From contig NW_024704743.1 of NCBI RefSeq assembly GCF_018977255.1, positions 107,572,001 to 107,636,000 on the forward strand: 64,000 nucleotides of DNA, given 5' to 3'. The notes under the pieces were generated by a model. It was not told where the DNA came from and made no database searches. It was given only the letters and a program-made list of their open reading frames with translations. How positions within the stretch are numbered: position 1 is the stretch's first letter; every line of letters begins with the position of its first letter. The position numbers were made by a program, and so were the translations under genes. The stretch comes from Callorhinchus milii. Taxonomy: Eukaryota. Below, piece by piece: positions 1-11,060 of the stretch.

Positions 1-112
1 TTAGGCTCTGTGTGGAATAAGGAAACTTGCCCAAGGTTTCGCCCTGCCTGGAATTGAACCCAGGTGTCTCGCTTACAAGGCGAGTGCTCTAACCACTGAG
101 CTACAGGACTCC
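1..112 (-). mobile_element. tRNA-derived SINE, 5' head (continues off the window edge)
   Basis: Reverse complement reads GGAGTCCTGTAGCTCAGTGGTTAGAGCACTCG...GGTTCAATTCC (A and B boxes); same family as 16108-16424. Confidence 0.9.
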
Positions 113-429
113 ACTATACGAATGTAATCTTGTTGTTGTAAATCCTGTGAAGTGCTTTGAGACGTGCTCATGAAAGGCACTATATCAAATGGAAGGATTT
201 TTATTAAATGATGATTTTTTAAAAATAATGCACTAAGCCAATCTGGAACTTCTCCCAAAATCCTTCTCTCCCTATTTCAAAATCCGCTTGAAAAACATAT
301 CTCTTCAACTATGATTTATTCTTCTTCACAACAATGGGAAGGGATGGATGTTTTGAGAAGAGCTTTGAGACATTTAACTTATGTGAAAGGCACTATATAC
401 AGCAAGTATAATTTGTTATATCCAAGTAC

Positions 430-610
430 AATCCCTAAAAAAAATTGGTCATTCAATCCACGACTGTTTGTGAGACACTGCTGTGCGCAATTGGCTGTCG
501 TGTTTCACCCACAAAATACACTGTCAATTCACTTTACAATATATTCTGTGAAGCACATTGAGAGTCTCAACAACGTGATAAGGCGCTATTTCAAACGAAA
601 GGTGTGTTAT
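430..610 (+). mobile_element. SINE 3' half (Deu-like core and tail), diverged
   Basis: CTGCTGTGCGCAATTGGCTG core followed by gtgataaggcgctat tail. Confidence 0.8.
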
Positions 611-1694
611 GATAATACAGTCTTTTTCTGCGCACTAGTCAGATGCAAAGGGTTTCAGCAGCCTTGAAATCAACTGACAAATCTTCACAAAAGTGCAGTG
701 GAAGCTTTATGAAGAAGATGCTTTTACTAATTTGCAATGTTATGCACAAGAGTCATTTAAGTATTGAATAGCAATTTGCAGCAAAATAATATCATGGATC
801 ATTTTTATTTTATCACAGGTAATTGAAAAATAACTCTGTAACAATTTATTAAAATTGCTACTATATATTATACTATATGTATAAGGGCCTTACACAGAGG
901 ATAATTTTTATCATAAAAACATGAGTTGAATGATCAATTTAGCCAGAGGGTTGTTGGCCAGGACACCAGGAAAAAATTACATCACAGCATCTTTCACGTC
1001 TGCCTGACAAACAGATAAGACAGAATCTTGGTTTAACATCTCATTTGAAAAACAACATTGCAATCCTCTGGTACTGCACTGGAATGTCATTCTGGAGTTT
1101 TCATCAGATAAACAAATCAAAGCAGATAATGAAATTGATAATATCATTTAGTAGATTGATTTGGAGGATATTTAATACATTATTCATATTCCTGCTGGAG
1201 ATGGTCTGTAACTATTGTCAGAGGCTGATAGCTATCATACATCCGGTTTGCCTATTGCCACACTCTCTGTGAAGGTTGAAGGCATTAAAAAGTGTTTGTA
1301 CATCTGTAATTGATAGTCCAGTAACAGAACAAGCAGAGACATAACTTTTCCTAAGTGCTTGTTTTGCGTCGGAAGAGTGTCCTTCACGGTCTAAAATTAT
1401 TGTACAGCCTTCGCTTTCAGATAATATAAGTAGCAACAAATAGCTAAAATCTATTAAAAGGCTGAATAAATTTAACATTACATTATACAACGTGAAAGCA
1501 AAACCCTTTTAATTTATACAGTTATTTGAATATTTTGCCATTTCTTCACTTATTTTACAAGTTTCTTACACATATACACACACATTATGTATTATTTCTT
1601 GCAGTCTTTCCTTCCTTCCAGCACAATATTTAAATGTGCTACAGTTACTCTGAAGGTAAGGACCAGAATTTTACTACTGTGTCTTAATAACATT

Positions 1695-2048
1695 AATAAT
1701 AATCCTTGCCTTTGATATAGCGCCTTATCAAGTTTTCTAGACATCTCAAAACGCTTCATAGAATATGCTGTAAAAAGTGAATTGACTATATTTCGTGGGC
1801 GAAACGCCGCAGCCAATTTCACACAGCAGTGTCCCACAAACAGTGTGGATTGAGTGACCACATTGTTTTTTAAGGGTTTATTGTCCCCGGAAAAGTGATC
1901 CGCCAATCGATTAACAACCAGGTTCACATTTGCTGCTAGGTAAACAGAGGCATGTGGGTAAGGAAACTTGCCCAATGTTTCGCCCTGCCGGGAATCAAAT
2001 CCAGGTCTCTTGCGAGTCGAGTGCTCCAAGCACTAACCTACAGGACTG
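1695..2048 (-). mobile_element. tRNA-derived SINE, longer older variant
   Basis: Head, core and tail as in the other copies, plus an extra internal block (gcctctgtttacctagcagc... on the minus strand). Confidence 0.85.
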
Positions 2049-2929
2049 CACAAAATGAAGTCATGGCAAATGAAGATGATGTGCCACTCCACTCACTACT
2101 CACATGTGCCTCTTTATCTTTCCCTCCAATTATTGCCTTTCCTCCTGAGCAACAACAACTTGCATTTGTAAAGCACCCCTCATGCAGGATAGATCCCCAG
2201 AGCACTTTAGAGATACTGATTCATGCAGAGGTGTGTTTCTATGGATGATGGTTCTCCTCCAGTACCTCACTTGAGTGGCCTTTCAGTCCAGACAGTGAAG
2301 ACCAGCAGATGCACCTTCATTGGGGGAGGGGAGGTGGAATCCCAGCAGATCCTGATCTTGTTTTCATTTGACATTCACAAATCAAGTTTTCAGCAGTGTT
2401 CAATGGATACTAAACAGGAACATGAACCCTGAATAATATTTCTCCATCCTAATAGGCGATTACTGGTCACAGCTTTATCAACTGTGTTTCTATTTTGTCT
2501 AATTTCTGAGCTTTTCTGTTTATTCTTTGGCATTGGATTTAACATTCTCGATTTTAACACTATACTTTGCCTTGGGGTTAATGTCACATGACAGCAAGAA
2601 ATGCTTTTCATAAAATAACGCCTTTACTCCAAAATGATTTGCTGGAAGATAAAATATATTTTTTTCTCTTGTAGCAGGAAGAAAGCGTGGCACTGAAAAC
2701 ATGACGACTGCCTCACTCCTGTAATGTATTGTGTGGAGAACAATACGTACTTGAGTACGATAACGAAGCAGTTATTTCATTTGTGGAGTTAGGTAACCTC
2801 ATAAACTTCAATTGTGAAATTTGAGCAAAGCCTTAGAAGCGTTCCCATAGCTCTGGCAAATAAGAAACGGAAGAAGCTTGAAGCTGATGTAGGGCGACGT
2901 TCACACTGAAGGATTAATTGCCTTTATTG

Positions 2930-3160
2930 AGTGGTTGTCTACAGCGTCTTATAGACATATAAGCGCAACGCCGAGGTGGGGAGGTGGCCATGGGAGCATG
3001 ATGATGAGCTTGGGGGAGGGGGAGGCGACTGGAGACACGGTCAAATGGGAAGGTCTTCAGGCACGACCTGAAGATGGGGAAAGAAGGGGCGAGGCTGAGG
3101 GATAGAGGAAGAGGGCTCCAGGGTTTTGGGGCGCAGTGGCTGAAAGCGCGGCCACCCATG
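2930..3160 (-). mobile_element. L2-type LINE 3' fragment
   Basis: Minus-strand ORF GGRAFSHCAPKPWSPLP...LKTFPF matches the L2 ORF2 C-terminal pattern (G.RAFS..AP.LWN.LP...FK..LKT.LF). Confidence 0.8.
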
Positions 3161-3264
3161 GTGGAGCGGAGAGCACTCGGGCGCTGTAAGGCGCTATATC
3201 GAATGCAAGGATTATTTTTATTAATGATAATAAAATAGCCCCCAACTGTTGTGTCGTCCGCTGC

Positions 3265-3292
3265 TGTGTGTGTGTGTGTGTGTGTGTGTGTG
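3265..3292. repeat. (TG)n microsatellite
   Basis: Direct reading. Confidence 0.95.
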
Positions 3293-3505
3293 GGCGGCGC
3301 TGCTCACTCGGGAGAGGGGCTGAGTGGCGCTGCAGTTCCGGGCGGCGCCGCGCGGGGTCGCTCGTGAGGTGGACCCGCGGTAGGAACGCAAAGCGCTGGG
3401 GCACAGGGCGGGGGGGGGGGGGGGGAGGGGGCGGGGACTGGTGATCGGCAATCAATGTCGCCAGTTTGGGCGGGTTCACGCCCAATTGGGCGGGTTTTGT
3501 TGCCC

Positions 3506-3531
3506 TGTGTGTGTGTGTGTGTGTGTGTGTG
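3506..3531. repeat. (TG)n microsatellite
   Basis: Direct reading. Confidence 0.95.
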
Positions 3532-4079
3532 GAGAGAAACGTTTGGCTTTGGGCGGGTGTCTTAAAACAGAATTTTAAACCAACTTAAACCTCCCTCCTC
3601 CCTTTTTCCTGCAGCGCTTTCCGTCAACGCAGTTTCAAATCACGAACCTATATCGGCAACGCAGCACAGTGAGCGACTTTCGAGCCGGTGTTCGGTGGAC
3701 TTTGGGCTACAGTCACCCCCGATCGCCCTGCCGGCCTGCAGTGACTCCTGGCGCCGCAGGGAGGGAGGGGGCGCTGTGAGAGACAACTGGGAAGGAGCGC
3801 AGTTACCGGAGGGGGGGCGGGGGGGGGCAGAGAGAAGCTGCCGCGGCCGCAGTTGTGAGCTGGTGCCGCGAGGGGCGCTGTGAGCTGAGCTTCCCGGCGG
3901 CCGAGGCGAAGTGGGGGGGGTGGGGGGGAGGTGGAGAGGGAGTTGAGCCCAGTACTTCCGCCGTCGCTTGCGTGTCCTGGAAGGAGGCTGACGTCGGCAG
4001 AGCTCGGGTTGTTGTTGAGGCAGCGCTTCGGCGGCGGACACGGGACAGGCGGCCGCTCGAGCGCACTGTGAGGCCCGCC

Positions 4080-4125
4080 ATGGCGTACGCTTACCTCTTC
4101 AAGTACATCATCATCGGCGACACAG
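4080..4125 (+). CDS. RAB2A: RAB2A coding exon 1 (MAYAYLFKYIIIGDT+G)
   Basis: Strong Kozak context GCCATGG; 46 nt; donor G|GTCAGC at 4126. Confidence 0.97.
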
Positions 4126-7100
4126 GTCAGCGAGCCCTCATCCCCCCCTCCCCGCACGTCAGTCACGTCGGGGCGAGGCAGGAGACCCAACGCCAAGGCC
4201 TCGGCCTGGAAACCCCCAGCCGCCTGCCAGCTCACCCGGACTCGGGTGCTCCAGCTGTGCCGAGGACGGGTCGTCTCGGCGCCGGCCGAGCAGTTCACTC
4301 GAGGCCGAGGCCCCGGGAGTTGGTTCTGCCGGTCCCAGGACCAGGCAGAGCCTGCCGGCGGGTTGTGAGTGAGCCTCAGCCCGGGGGAGGGAGGGAGGGG
4401 TAGAGGGGGAGGGAGGTGGCGACAGCGGCTGCTGCGTTTTCATCACTTAGGCCCGAGGCAGGTCTGCGCTTTTTGGTGATGTGAAACTCGGTTACACCTG
4501 ATACGGGGCGACAGTCACACCAACCAAAAGTGACTCGGATACCGAGGACAGACAGACTCCCTCCCGGGAAGACTCGCAGACAAACCCCTGAGAGACTGCA
4601 GACCAACCCAGACTGACTCTCGTACGGATGCATTCCAGAGAGATTAAGATGCAAACACGGCATAGATTCAACTGCAGATGGTATAAGAGAGAAAGAGAGC
4701 GACTTGGATATGCACAGAGATAAGGAAAGAGAGAGAGAGAGACTATAGACCAGTCCACAGGGAGTAAAATACAGACATGAATCAAAATACAGACTCGGTG
4801 ATGCATTCACATAGACTAAGTTAACATTGGTACAGGGGGAGACTCAGATAAACAAATGTTGACAGACATAAGCCCACTGAGATGTTTGCCCAAAGATAAA
4901 TATCGGTATATGACAAACTTCAGGCACAAGAGGTAAATTAACAAATAAATGTGGATCCGTACATGAACTTTGGGATGAAGAATCAATTAGTCAGAAACAG
5001 TGACCTGTTATGAAGGTAAACTCAGTGAAAATAATTCAGGTATAAATAATATACATTATATATATAATGTCCATTTCTCAGTGACTTTCAAACTGTGACA
5101 CAGGTGTACTGTGCATTTTGTATAGTGTAAAAATGTATATGCATAAAAGAGACTTGGAAACAGACATCTTTCCAGGAATTGACTCAGACATGGTAAATAC
5201 TAACACTTGGATAGGCATAAAGCGAGAGAGACAAATACAAATTCAGATACCTACATGGATACCCAGATCCAGAGATATCAGATACATAAATAAACCCAGA
5301 AAGAACAATTCAGTTAAAAGAAGAAAAGTTCTACTTACAAAGAGAAACTCAAACACAGATTGATATCCACAGAGAGCCTGAATTACCAACTTATAGTCTG
5401 TCTCAGATAGAGATTCTAGCCCATAGACTATAACTCTTGACAGACCTGAAGCAAGAGGGAGGGAACGATAAACAGAGACTTGGTTGTGGAGTGAGCTATA
5501 TTGGCTGAGCTATGGGAATGTATCCATGGAGAGGTGGACAGGTATGTGTACCAAGGAAAGGAGGCATAGGTTATATACCTCGTGTTATAGGACTCCGCTA
5601 AGGCTGTGTACCCAGTGGAGACTATAACTGGTTCGTCCCAAGGGAGAAGTGAACACGTGGGTGTCCCCAGGGGGAGAGAGCAGGTGCAGGTTAAAAAAGA
5701 AAGTAATTTTTAAAGATCACCTCCAGCAATTCTTCTGTCCTCAAAAATCTACAAAATCTGTGTTCCTTAAACACTCTTGCATTTGGGGTTTCTTCTAATT
5801 CTGTTTGCACATTTGATGAAGTGACCATCATGCTGTAGTTTGAAAGTGCAATGACCCTTGGACATACCTTGTGCAAAATTGATGATGTGGCCTGACACTG
5901 GCTTGTGTCTGACAACTTTCCATTAGATTAAGCAGTTGAGCCACTCCCTGAACTGGCATTATATTGGCCAATTCAAGTGTCGTCTTTTGAAGTGGCCAGC
6001 CAATTTTACTGGCATCCAGAAGTATGCAGGATGAATGGTTTTCCTTCTGTTAAGGCAATTTATTATCTTGTGCAAATTGGAAAGCAATAAATATCTTGTG
6101 GAATTTTGACAATGTAGTTAAAGCAGCCTGCCTGAGGTGTCAGTTACAGTACACAATGCCAACATCAGATCACTCAGATTTAGGCCTGAGCAAGTCTCCA
6201 TACGGTGTGAACCCAATGGAGATTAATCTGAACTCTTTATTGAATTAATATAATATACAATATTGACAAGTCGTAAGAGTGCATAGGATTTCAGTGTTTT
6301 GAGTGAGCGAGTTTTGGACATCAAGTTGTATAGCAAATTTCAAGTCAACATATTAATAGCTTTTAACCGATTGCAAAACTGTTAAGTGTTATGAAACACT
6401 GAATAAAAGTTGTCCATTCAGGATCAACCTAGCACCCTTCAGTAGATGAGGTAGAATTTGTACAATAGACCCTCTGAGTAACTTAATCTGTGGCTGTTAA
6501 ACCACATATACACTTTGAAGAAGATAACACAAGGATTTCTCCTTTTGTCCTGAAAGCATGTATTGAAATTCTAAAAGATCAAACATTGCAATCCATATTA
6601 TCTCTGAATAGTTACATTATGCAGATGAAGTTACCAACAGGCCTGGATTTATAGTTTTGGTTCGATGATTTAAATCTAAACTTTACAATCTTCAGTCCCA
6701 TTTGTGATGAGTATTCACCCATTTTTTCAGTAGTATTAATTTGTCATAAAACACTGTTTTCGGGCATCTTTCTGCACATTTAATAAAATAGTCAAATTAT
6801 CCAATAAAACTCAGTGAGTGTGAAATTTGATAATTGATAATATAATCCTAGCTAATATTGGCAAATCAGCACAATTGGGACTTGCCCTGAATGCTATCTT
6901 TAAGCTATTTTGGCCACAGATTGGCTGCAGAATAAATTGTGCCAATTTAGCTGCTAACAAAACCCACAGGCAGAGCTGTGTGCAGAATGAAAACATTCAG
7001 TAGTTTTCAAGCATAGCAAAATGGTTGAAATAACACAATAAACATTGCATGTTTTATAGAAAAATGGGCAAAATTGTGTTTGGAATGCCACTAGCAAAAT

Positions 7101-7304
7101 GCTTTTGCAGAATCTAAATGAACAGCATAATTACTAAAAATCTGATCTGATTCACAGAAAGACGTAAACTCAACTGGGGTTGTGGTAAACATAAGTCGCT
7201 CATCTGCAATAAAAAGATTCTTAGTATTCTTATTTTAGACTTTGCCGGTATATAAGCAGTTGTGTATATAAGCAGTTTTGTAAATTCAACTTGTTGTAAA
7301 TTGT

Positions 7305-8300
7305 GATTGTGTTAGCGTCCAGAGGGACTTGGGTGTCCTTGTACACCAATCACAGAAAGTTAGTCTGCAGGTGCAGCAAACAATTAGGAAGGCGAACGGT
7401 ATGTTAGCATTCGTTATGAAAGGATTAGAGTATAAGAGTAGGGAAGTCTTGCTGCAACTGTATAGGGCCCTGGTGAGACCACACCTGGAATAATGTGCAG
7501 TTTTGGTCTCCTTATTTAAGGAAGGATGTACTTGCCTTGGAGGGGGTGCAGGGTAGGTTTACTAGGTTAGTACCAGGGATGAAGGGGTTGAGTTACGAGG
7601 ATAGGCTGACCAATTTGGGCCTATATTCTCTAAAATATAGAAGAATTAGAAGGGATCTTATAGAAACCTATAAGATCATCAAAGGGTATGATAGAGTAGA
7701 TAGTGGGAGATTGTTTCCCCTGGTTGGAGAAACTAAAACCAGGGGTTACAACCTTAAAATCAGAGGCCAGCCCTTTCGCACTGAGTTAGAAAGAACTTCT
7801 TCATTCAAAGGGTAGTGAATGTATGGAACTCACTACCCCAAAGGGCTGTTGACGCTCAGTCCTGTGGAGTCCTGTAGCTCAGTGGTTAGAGCACTCGCTT
7901 TGCAAGAGAGACACCTGAGTTCAATTCCAGGCAGAGGGCGAAACCTTGGGCAAGTTTCCTTACTCCACACACCTAATAATAATCCCTCCAAAAACCAAAA
8001 CCAATAATAAATTGGTCATTTTCAATCTACGACTGTTTGTGGGACATTGCTGTGCGCAATTGGCTGCCGCGTCCGCCCACAAATATACTGTCAATTCACT
8101 TTACAGTGTGTTCTGTGAAGCCCTTTGGGACGTCCTCCTGACGTGAAAAGCACTATATCAAACGCAAGGATTATTATTATTATTATAGTCCTTGAACATA
8201 TTCAAGACTGAGATAGATTAGAAGATCAGCCATGATTGAATGGCGGGGCAGGCTCGAAGGGCCGAATGGCCTACTCCTGCTCCTACATGTTATGTTATGT
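7305..8300 (+). mobile_element. CR1 LINE 3' part, interrupted by a SINE at 7864-8186
   Basis: Translates QFWSPYLRKDVLALEGVQGRFTRLVPGMKGLSYEDRL...RDLIETYKII, a CR1 ORF2 C-terminus; ends with the tail ggctcgaagggccgaatggcctactcctgctcct and (tgtta)n. Confidence 0.92.
7864..8186 (+). mobile_element. Young full-length tRNA-derived SINE with 6-bp target-site duplication
   Basis: A and B boxes, Deu-like core, L2-like tail and (TTA)n; AGTCCT repeated at 7858-7863 and 8187-8192. Confidence 0.93.
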
Positions 8301-10780
8301 AGATTGAAAATAATCTGTTTGTGCTTTTAACAGCAGCTTGCATTTGAGTGTTTGGCTATTTTTTGCTAATAATTCCATTATTAAAATTGCATGTGATCTG
8401 TTTTGTTCTGAATCAGAAAATTATGTGAATGTGATGAAACATTTTGCAGACGGCCAGAAGATTTGTATTAGAGTATTGGCTTACAAACTTTATTCTGTAA
8501 GCAGGGTCTGTTTTGTATTACTCAACCCTTTTGAGTGGATACAGTTAAAAGATGGACCTGACCCCTCCTGTTTACACAGCCAGGAGCAGCAACAACCAGG
8601 AAATCCTGTTCAGCTGCTCATATGGAGAACTAAAGTTGTCACAGTGCACAGATGTACAACCAACAGTGCTCAGCGCTAGGCAAATGATGCCTTGTGAAAG
8701 ATTACTCATTCACATTCTTTATCTTGTTCATTGCATTTTAAGATTCTGATGCAATTTTGATCAGTAATCATTTCAGTTGTGAATTATTGGCAGTGACGAG
8801 AAAAGTACTGATTATCAGAAATAATCTTCCAGCCGTTGGGCTACCGATAAACCAGCTAGCATACTCATGATTTGAGAACCTCTCTCCTCTCCAGTAGCCA
8901 ACTATTGCTTAAGGTATGATTGTATGTGGTATCAAGATGGTGACAAAAGAACCTTTAACAATATTTTCTGGCTCCTATTGGGTCCTGAGGATGCAACGAA
9001 TAACAACCCATTGTTTCAGTTTAGGCAGCTGTGGTGTTGCTTTTAAATCACCATTCAGGAGCCTTTGAATTCTACTTAATTCACACAAATAAATAAGTAT
9101 ATACTCCTGATTTAAGCTTGTACAGTAACTTTGCCATTAAACTCAAAATTACAAGGGGGCCTGTAAACTGGGGGAGAATACATTCAACAACAACTTGCAT
9201 TTATTTTGCGCCCTTCTGGCCAGGCAGTGTCTCGGAGCGCTTAATTATAGATCAGTAACTGGACCCTAGTGTCAATAAATGGCACTTGCATTGTTCTTTG
9301 GTTGGCTTGTGCAATGCTTAAGATGATAACTTGAAGTCTGGAACAGTTGAGTTTACAATATCGTGCAATTATTGAAGGGCTACAAAATGTGTAAACTAAT
9401 GATATAACACCTTTCAAGTCAGGTGGTCAACTCAGAGTGCTTTACAGGATTTCCTGTGAATTGTAGTGACTGTATTATAGCTGACTAGGTAGGGTTGATT
9501 CAATGCTTTGTGTAACGTGTTGGGCCTAATTTGTTATACAGTATCCATAAAAAGGGTTTGATGGACTAATTGTGCCTTTCTAGTTTGCAAATATTGAAAG
9601 CTCTTCAATTGTAAGAAACAGAAATGGCTAATCGTGAATGCTGAAAACTGGCAAAATCCAAATTGTTGCACTTGGCCAGCGTTCAGGATTCACAATTAGT
9701 CATTGCAGATCTGGCAAATAAAATGACTATTTGATACTGACAAATCAGAAGTCATGGATAATACTTCAAATCTGGTTTGTGAATGTTGCAAATTAGAAAA
9801 CATATTTTTATGGTACTTCATGAAGTAAATACTTTCAGATGTAGACTGTTAAGTGCTCTGGGGTGTTACCCCGCATGAAGGGTGCTATATAAATGCAAGT
9901 TGTTGTTTTTGTAGGTAGACTTGGCAGCCATTTTGTACCATCGAGGGCCTACAAACAGTCATTGGATAAATTATTACCAAGTTATTTGGAGGTCTGTTGG
10001 ACAAAGCTCTTGAGAGAAACTCATTTCTCTTTTTGTAGTGCCAAAAGATATTTTAATGCTCATTTCACTTTCACTTCCATTTTGCTTTCAATGTCTCATC
10101 TGATAATGCAGTGGTGGCTCCCCCCAGTACTGCATTGGAATTTCAGACTAGTTTTAACAGCTCAAAGTCCAACATGATCTATCGAGCTATAACCTTCTGA
10201 TGCAAAAGCAAGTGTTTTCTACCAGCTGAGGCAAGCTCACATCTATTAGATCTCAATTTGTGAATGGTGCATGCTGTAAGATTTAATAGTTATTACGTTT
10301 TGCTTCATTAATTTCCAAGAACAGGGAGAAATATTGCAGAACATTTCCTGTAGAGAATGAATGGGTTGGTCATAGTGCATGATGGAGCAGATTGTACTTT
10401 CTGAAAAGAATGAGCTGTTGAAGCAAATGGCTCTTCGTCAGTCCTTCTTTTATAATTGGCTTCCTTAAGAGAAATATGCTATAATTAAAATTGCCAAGTC
10501 TATTTCGAGATCAGCAATCCAATTATATTCAACTTTTTTTTTAAAACTTGAAGCATTTCCAAGTCTATGGCTAGGTTGTTATCACTATAGTAACCTATAG
10601 CAGTTACATTTACACCATCTTGATTTCAGGGCTGTTCTGTCTGATATAGAATCCTGGATGAACTTTGTGCAAATTAAAATCAACGAGGCTGAAGCCATGT
10701 TGTTTGGCTCTCACCAGAACCTACTATCTTTAGTCTGATTCTTTTAACTTTCCAGTTTAACTGGACAGGCTGAACCCAGT

Positions 10781-11060
10781 GGTGTGCCCTACCATCGGTG
10801 GCCGGGCCTTCAGCCCCTAGGCTCTGGAACTCCATCCCCCAGTGCCTTTGCCTTGCTTCCTCCCTTTCCTCCTTCAAGACCTTTCTCTTCAACCGTGCCT
10901 TCACCTTCCCTCTCAACTCTCTACCCCCTTCTCGCTCGCTCCCTTCCCTCCCCTCACCCTGACGATTTCCCCCCTGCTCGGGTCCTGACTCAACTGTCCA
11001 GCGCCTTGGGACGTCCTCCCGACATGAAAGGCGCTCTATAAATGCAATCTTGTTGTTGTT
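10781..11060 (+). mobile_element. L2 LINE 3' end
   Basis: ccatcggtggccgggccttcagcc...ctctggaactccatcccc; tail gacgtcctcccgacatgaaaggcgctctataaatgcaatc(ttg)n. Confidence 0.88.

Larger units (their letters stand above)
3280..4560 (+). promoter_or_regulatory. CpG-island promoter and 5' UTR of RAB2A
   Basis: High GC and CpG density against a CpG-depleted background; several GGGCGG boxes (about 3405-3560); CCAAT at 3482; ETS-type CTTCCGG (3890) and ACTTCCG (3954); CRE-like TGACGTCG (3989); no TATA box seen. Confidence 0.85.

Noticed and set aside
3855..4403. 182-aa ORF through exon 1, suggesting an N-terminal extension or intron read-through
   Set aside because: Non-ATG start in a GC-rich island where stop codons are rare; only MAYAY...GDTG is Rab sequence; the ATG at 4080 has an optimal Kozak context.
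3057..4810. Several minus-strand ORFs of 90-216 aa around the promoter
   Set aside because: Low-complexity Pro/Arg/His-Thr translations of CpG-island and microsatellite DNA, with no recognisable domains.
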